The notes beneath the pieces were generated by a model. That model was not told the DNA's origin. It ran no database searches and saw only the letters and a program-made list of their open reading frames with translations. A stretch of 64,000 nucleotides of DNA. It comes from Chrysomallon squamiferum (taxonomy: Eukaryota > Animalia > Mollusca). Position 1 is the first letter of the stretch. Every line of letters starts with the position of its first letter. Shown here piece by piece: positions 1 through 64,000 of the stretch. The stretch lies in NCBI GenBank assembly GCA_012295275.1, contig CM022677.1, forward strand, positions 20,088,001 to 20,152,000, written 5' to 3'. The position numbers and the translations under genes were made by a program.

Positions 1-435
1 AATTAATCGGATAATAATTAGGCTTCTTGCTTATCTGTATAGCCAACCAGTTATCTCCCTTGACAAAAACAAAGCATGGTATTATGGGTAAATGTGATGT
101 GGAAATTTTAACATGGAGAATTGGTTACTATTTTTTTAATGTTAGAATAATAATAATTTGACAAAACAGTGTATCCATGACTACCAATGAGATTAAACCG
201 TTTCCAAATTCGTATTAAATAGTTTGTTAATTAATTTTATACAATAATAACCTTTACTTATTTACTTTTCACTGTATTAATTAATGTTAGTAAAGAGATG
301 ATCCTTATCAAAAGGATTATAATCTAAATTACCAATTTCAAATCAATTATGAATTTATAAATAAATAAATGTGTTAAGTAAGATTAGTTTTTTTTTTTAC
401 ATGCAAGTTCAAACATACATTAATTCAGTTAACCA

Positions 436-472
<37 letters not shown>

Positions 473-1400
473 CTCTGTAACCAATTCTCCTAGCTGTTTT
501 GTAGGTTCTTACACATTTCAGAAATTTTTTGAATTTTGTCAGTTACCATAGAAACATTGTATTGTTATGGTTCTTAATAATTCTTCTTCTTCTTCTTAAG
601 AATCCTGACTTGAAAATATTTTAGTATACTCTTTTATAAATAAATAACAACAGATGTATATATGTATATATATGTATGCATATATATCTGTCTGTCTGTA
701 TGTATGTCTATATGCATGCATGTATGTATGGATGTATAAAACATAATGAGAATAATGGGTTACTCTTTTCAAACAGCAACAAGAGATGTTAAAACAACCC
801 GGTCATACAGTGGAAAAAACCCACTGTGGTCTTTCATTTATTTGTTATGAAATATTTCATTTGATGTCTACTCAGTTTTCTCCATGTATGATACTTTCTC
901 AAATCCTATTGGCCAGAAGTGTGACAAATTAAAGAGTGAAAAGATCACATGATCTAATACTGATTTCTGATTGGCTGTCATGCCTGAATGAACTAACAAA
1001 GTTTTAACTTTTTAAAAATGAATGGACAAATATAAATTTACCTTTCTTTTGTTTTGTTTTGTTTTGTGTGTTTTTATTAATAATGGTAATTCATTTGTTT
1101 TGGAGATTAAGATGAAACTATAAATACTTTTTGGGAAAATTAGACAAAATATTTGGCTGAATTATAACTACTTGACTGAATATACATTTTTTCTTTTTAC
1201 TTCTCAAATTAAACCAAAACAATATCTTTACAAAGTTGATCGAACACATTTCAGTTTTTTTGGAACTGATAAAACATTAATTTTGCAAATAACTATTTTC
1301 ACTGGTGTTAGTAACAGCTTTTGAGAAATTTAAAAATGTTCTAGAATGTGTAAAAAAAAAAACAACCCATTATTAACTAACTAATAACATCACCATCCGG

Positions 1401-58577
<57,177 letters not shown>

Positions 58578-59805
58578 TGTACTGTTAGTCCTCTCAGGAA
58601 AACACACACACGAATAAATCCACACACAAAAAATAAATAAATAAATAAATAAATAAATAAACAATCAATCTTTATCCGAACAGTTAAAAAAACTGAACTG
58701 TTTGTGGACAATGATAAGAAATTCTGTGAGTTATAAATTATTCTAATATTTTATCTTCTGAATAATAATATAAACACACCAAAAATTCCTCAGTTTAGGA
58801 AAAAACTGATTCCTTTTGATTCCAGCAATGGAGTTTTCAGTGTTATTAAAATATTTCTCAAATTTGATTCTGCAATATAACTGGCTCTGTCAGTTCAAGA
58901 CATCCAAAATACTGAAGAACAAAAGACTTAATTAGTCTGAATTGAAGTGTAGTTGCATTCATATAAAGAAAAAATTCCAAGATGATGAAAATAAATCAAA
59001 ATTTTTTCAGTCTTGTGATTCTAAGACTTCAAATTACTAAAGAAAATGAAAATGATGAAGTTTGGATCTTGCTTTTCGGTCTAAGAGAATTCCATTACAG
59101 TTTCCAGACACTTCAAGGCAAAAGTTACTTCCAGGTATTTCAAGGTAAATTCAGTTTCCACCTGTAACAAGATATCCAGGTATTTCAAGGTAATAATAAT
59201 AATTTCCAGGTTATTCAAGGTAAATGCAAGTTTCAGGTATTTACTCACAACAGATTTTCTTCTTCTTTATATTAAGTCTTTCACATATAACAACGAAAAT
59301 TCAACTTTTATTTATTATTATTATTATTATTTTCTTAATTTCTCTAAATGTTTATCAAATATACAAACACCAGACACTGTTTGTTACCCCACCTTGTCCA
59401 GGTAAAATAAAGGTAAAAGTTGATATGTACTGTTATATTTTCTGAACAGATTAATGATCCCTCAGACACACATAAACTGTCTGTAGGTGACAGGTGACAA
59501 TAGTCTGACAGGTGGCCCACGTTTGTACTCCTGTCAGGTAAACGACATCCACATACCTGTCAGGTAAATCACCTGGAATCCTAATAACTCATTACGAAGA
59601 CAGTTTTAACTGTAATTGTGTATTATAGCCTCTTGGCATGATAGTTTTTTTTTTTTTAAATGTTTTACCTAGGCGTACCTGTCAGGTTTTTAATGTTAGT
59701 GTATCTCTGACCTGTTATTTATTACATGTTTTTTCTTTTATTTACCTGTGCACGTCCAGGTTTACTGATAAATGTTCTGTTTTGCTTGTGTTTGTCCAGT
59801 TTATT

Positions 59806-60035
59806 ATGAATGTCCAGTTCTATCCACATCTGTCCAGTACATTATGAATGTCCAGTTCTACCTGTATATGTCCACTTTTATCTATGAATGTCCAGTTGTA
59901 CCTGTATCTGTCCACTTTTATCTATGAATGTCCAGTTGTACCTGTATCTGTCCACTTTTATCTATGAATGTCCAGCTTTACCTGTATATGTCCACTTTTA
60001 TCTATGAATGTCCAGTTCTACCTGTATCTGTCCAG
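59806..60035. repeat. ~40 bp minisatellite, ~6 copies
   Basis: atgaatgtccagtt(c/g)tacctgtat(c/a)tgtccacttttatct. Confidence 0.9.
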
Positions 60036-60429
60036 TTATAACTTCATTTAAAGGTTCTGTTTTATTTAATTTATTTATTTCTGTCTAGTAATATTCAGTT
60101 CTTCTGTCCATTACTTACCTATTCATATTGAATCAATGACTCTTAAATGACTTGCAAAACAGCTGAGAAAAATGCCAAGACTCGCCTGGATTTGCTTTGA
60201 AAGATATTAACAGATATGACTTAACCTTTGATGTGTTAATTCTTATATTACCTGGCTTTATGAGACAGGTAAACCTCCAGTGAATGTCAACTGCTATGAA
60301 TTAACCTGCGACAAAGATATCAATGTTTAAGTGAATCACCTGTGCATAACCTGACAGATTCCGCTGATAATTTTACCTGTAATAAGTTACATAGCATTCA
60401 GGTAAAATACCAGTATATTCCATTACGTG

Positions 60430-60463
<34 letters not shown>

Positions 60464-61245
60464 TTTAATTGTAGGTCACTCCACAATTATGTATATCCAA
60501 CAGGTATGTTAATGAATTTATTTACCTGTAAAAGATTTCAAAATGTTACAGCTGTTTTTAACAATAATATCATCACCTATAACATTCGAAATGATCTGCA
60601 CATATCCAGAATGTTTTCTGATAACTTTACAGCCAACAGATTTCACACAAAGTTACCTGTTCATGGTGGACAGGTACTGTTTTTCCACCTGTAATAATAT
60701 TATTAATGTTACCTGTATATACTAAAAAGGTATTATTTTTCTCCAACCACTTTAAATGTAAGAGTAATAACAGAAGTTACCTGTACATACAAGACAGGTA
60801 TTTTACTCTAATCGCCACACCTGTGACATTATTTGTAATGTTACCTGGACAGGTATTTTTTTCTCAACTGACTTCACCTGTAACACTATTCGTAATGTTA
60901 CCTGTGCATACCAGACAGGTATTATCCTCTGACGAGTTTACCTGTGATACTTTGCACAACTCTCAAAGTACGTTACCTGTGGTACAGGTATTTCAGTTAT
61001 TTACCAATGAAATAATCTTAACATTCGTTACAACATACATAATTCCTAGGTAACACAGGTAAAAGTCCAAATTCAACGTTCTTCTTCGTCAATCTTCGGC
61101 ATGCTTGATCGGTCAAGCAAATCCGACAAGTATCAAGAAGACAGCGTTTCTTGTCTCTAAATTTGGTATTTCCTTTGCGACGGACACATATCTGCAGGTA
61201 CACGGCTTTCAAAGAGGCCCCGTTTGGGTTGTCCTGACCTAGATT

Positions 61246-61281
<36 letters not shown>

Positions 61282-61654
61282 CCTTCTGGCATTTGACAAG
61301 AGTTATGAAACAGCACGTAAGGAATTTTTCAGTACGTGTTTAATTAACTTCAAAATTAGCAGACGGACTCTAAACTGATTTCAAACTGTTTGCACATGGC
61401 CTCTTGAAGTTGACATTCCCTCCCCCAAAAAAGTTAAATTTAAAAAATTAAAAAAAATATATATTTTAAAGCTTATTATATGTGTATAATGTTGGTGTGC
61501 TTGAGTGTTGTGAGTGTATGTGAATGTACAGATATGTATGCATACATCGATGGATGGATGGATGGATGGATGGATGGATGGATGTATGTACTTATATATG
61601 TATGTATGTTTATGCAGGCTTCGATATACCACTCCTGGTTTGCCATCATGCCAT

Positions 61655-61875
61655 TCCATGTCAAATAAAAATGATAAAAACATACATGTCTTGACATTTT
61701 CATAAACTCATGTTCTGCATTATGATTTCCATGTCAAATAAAAATTATAAAAACACGTATTTCTTGACGTTGCCATAAATTTATGTTCTGCACCATGACT
61801 TCGATGTCAAATGAAAATTGTAAAAACATTCATGTCTTGACATTTTCATAATTTTATGTTCTGCATAATGATTTC
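61655..61875. repeat. ~73 bp tandem repeat, 3 copies
   Basis: atgtcaaat.aaaat...tcttgac...atgttctgca at ~61658, 61731 and 61805. Confidence 0.85.
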
Positions 61876-61925
61876 TGTTGATGTGTGTGCACAGATATTT
61901 GCATGACTGCTGAACAGTGCATGAA

Positions 61926-62629
61926 ATGAATTCAGTTATTATGTTAATTAGGTATCTCTGCCGTTTTAACTAGACATGAATTCAGTTATTATGTTAATTA
62001 GGTATCTCTACCGTTTTAACTAGACATGAATTCAGTTATTATGTTAATTAGATATCTCTACTGTTTTAACTAGACATGAATTCTGTTATTATGTTAATTA
62101 GGTATCTCTGCTGTTTTAACTAGAAATGAATTCAGTTATTATGTTAATTAGATATCTCTGCTGTTTTAACTAGAAATGAATTCGGTTATTATGTTAATTA
62201 GATATCTCTGCTGTTTTAACTAGACATGAATTCGGTTATTATGTTAATTAGGTATCTCTACTGTTTTAACTAGACATGAATTCAGTTATAATGTTAATTA
62301 GATATCTCTACTGTTTTAACTAGAAATGAATTCAGTTATTATGTTAATTAGATATCTCTACTGTTTTAACTAGACATGAATTCAGTTATTATGTTAATTA
62401 GGTATCTCTGCTGTTTTAACTAGACATGAATTCTGTTATTATGTTAATTAGGTATCTCTCCTGTTTTAACTAGACATGAATTCAGTTATTATGTTAATTA
62501 GATATCTCTACTGTTTTAACTAGACATGAATTCAGTTATTATGTTAATTAGATATCTCTACTGTTTTAACTAGAAATGAATTCAGTTATTATGTTAATTA
62601 GGTATCTCTGCTGTTTTAACTAGACATGA
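61926..62629. repeat. 50 bp near-perfect tandem array, 14 copies
   Basis: atgaattcagttattatgttaattag(g/a)tatctct(g/a)ctgttttaactaga(c/a) at exact 50-bp period. Confidence 0.97.
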
Positions 62630-62849
62630 TCTCTAGAAAAGTTTTTTCTCAGATTAAAAGTGATTCAAATAAATACAGTTCTGATTAGTTGTTGGTTCTG
62701 ATGTAAGCTATGAGATGCTGTACTCTCAGTGATTTTTAAGACAACTTGATAAAAATTAAAACTGTCCTGACACTACATCATTCCTGATAAAACCTGAAAC
62801 TTGCTGGGCCTCATTTTTTATTTTTTTAAATGCAATGTGTGCGTGCATG

Positions 62850-62885
<36 letters not shown>

Positions 62886-63821
62886 GTGTGTGTGTGTGTT
62901 TGATTTGTATTTTGGAATATGTTTGTGTATGTTTATGCAGATTATTTATACACACACACACACACACACAAACACATGAAATTATACACACACACACATA
63001 CATACATACATCTATATGACCTTTGTCCTTGTCAGCAGTGTACACAACAGTTCTATTCTCTGTGTGATAAATAAACACAAACACATCAGAGGCTCTTTTA
63101 AGGATAACAGAACTATTTTAATTAGTGTACATAACGGGAAAGAGTGGCATTCCGAACATGTATGCATTGTTTTCTAAATCTAGAAAATATTTCAAAAATG
63201 ACAAAGAGTAATTATGTTAATTAGTCAGCATCAGAGTTTTGCTCTCAATATAGATATATATCTCAAAGAGAAACAAAAGAAAGCTGAGGAAGGAATGTCA
63301 TGAATCTGATAACTGTGTTCTGACTAGGGACAAACATAATTTATTGTGTGTCCTAGTGACATATGCATTGTATCCACCACCTGTGTCTGTTATATGTGTG
63401 TGTATGTGTGCATGTGTATGAGTGTGCATGTGTATGAGTGTGCATGCACGTGTATATGTGTGTATGTGTGTGTGCATGTGTATAATTTTATGCATGTGTC
63501 TGTGTGCCTGTCTGTGTGTGCATATGTACATGTGTGTATGTGTGTGATTGCATGTGAATGTATGTGTGTGTGAGTATTTGTTAATGTGTGTGTGTGTGTG
63601 TTTATGTGAGTGGGGGTATGTCTATACTGTTATTTTTGTGCATGTCTGTAAAAAGTATAAATAACAACAACAACAACAACTACGACAACAACTGTTGCTA
63701 CAGCCATAATAATTATTATAATTATCAGTATGAGCATCAACACAAGTTTGAAGATTTTGCTTCCAGTGAAATATTAACCTGATATAGAAAGAGAGACAAA
63801 GACAGAATAGCAGTTAAAGAC

Positions 63822-63870
<49 letters not shown>

Positions 63871-64000
63871 CAGGAACAAAATTAACATAAAAAAAATAAC
63901 TAATAAATAATTAAATTTAAAAAAAAATCTCCAGATTCACTGAAACAAAAAACAAAATTACAACACACACTGCTAATTGTGCTAACTATGTGAGATGTTG

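Noticed and set aside
61018-61299. 93-aa minus-strand ORF (MSNARRNLKKKK...)
   Set aside because: Runs through a poly-A tract, has no recognisable domain and ends in its own stop. Treated as possible UTR or promoter only.

Overview
AT-rich, microsatellite-dense eukaryotic (invertebrate animal, plausibly molluscan) genomic DNA. Almost the whole window is one minus-strand, multi-exon gene for a ZO-1/polychaetoid-like tight-junction MAGUK (PDZ1-PDZ2-PDZ3-SH3-GUK plus a low-complexity tail). I traced GT-AG exons by hand from 48583 to 6962. All phases match, giving about 1176 aa for one isoform. There are two candidate phase-0 first coding exons, a 12-nt microexon between SH3 and GUK, and three candidate 3' ends. 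No ZU5 domain is seen in the window. The most unusual signal is that many exon boundaries are tandemly re-copied into the neighbouring intron ('splice-site echoes'). One echo encodes the same 11 residues as the live exon with 7 synonymous codon changes and no replacements. Also notable are a ~10.4 kb intronic satellite with higher-order structure and a dense CAGGTA/CAGGTG cluster near the 5' end. Most ORFs in the supplied track are repeat artefacts. The exon model rests on sequence alone, with no transcript data.
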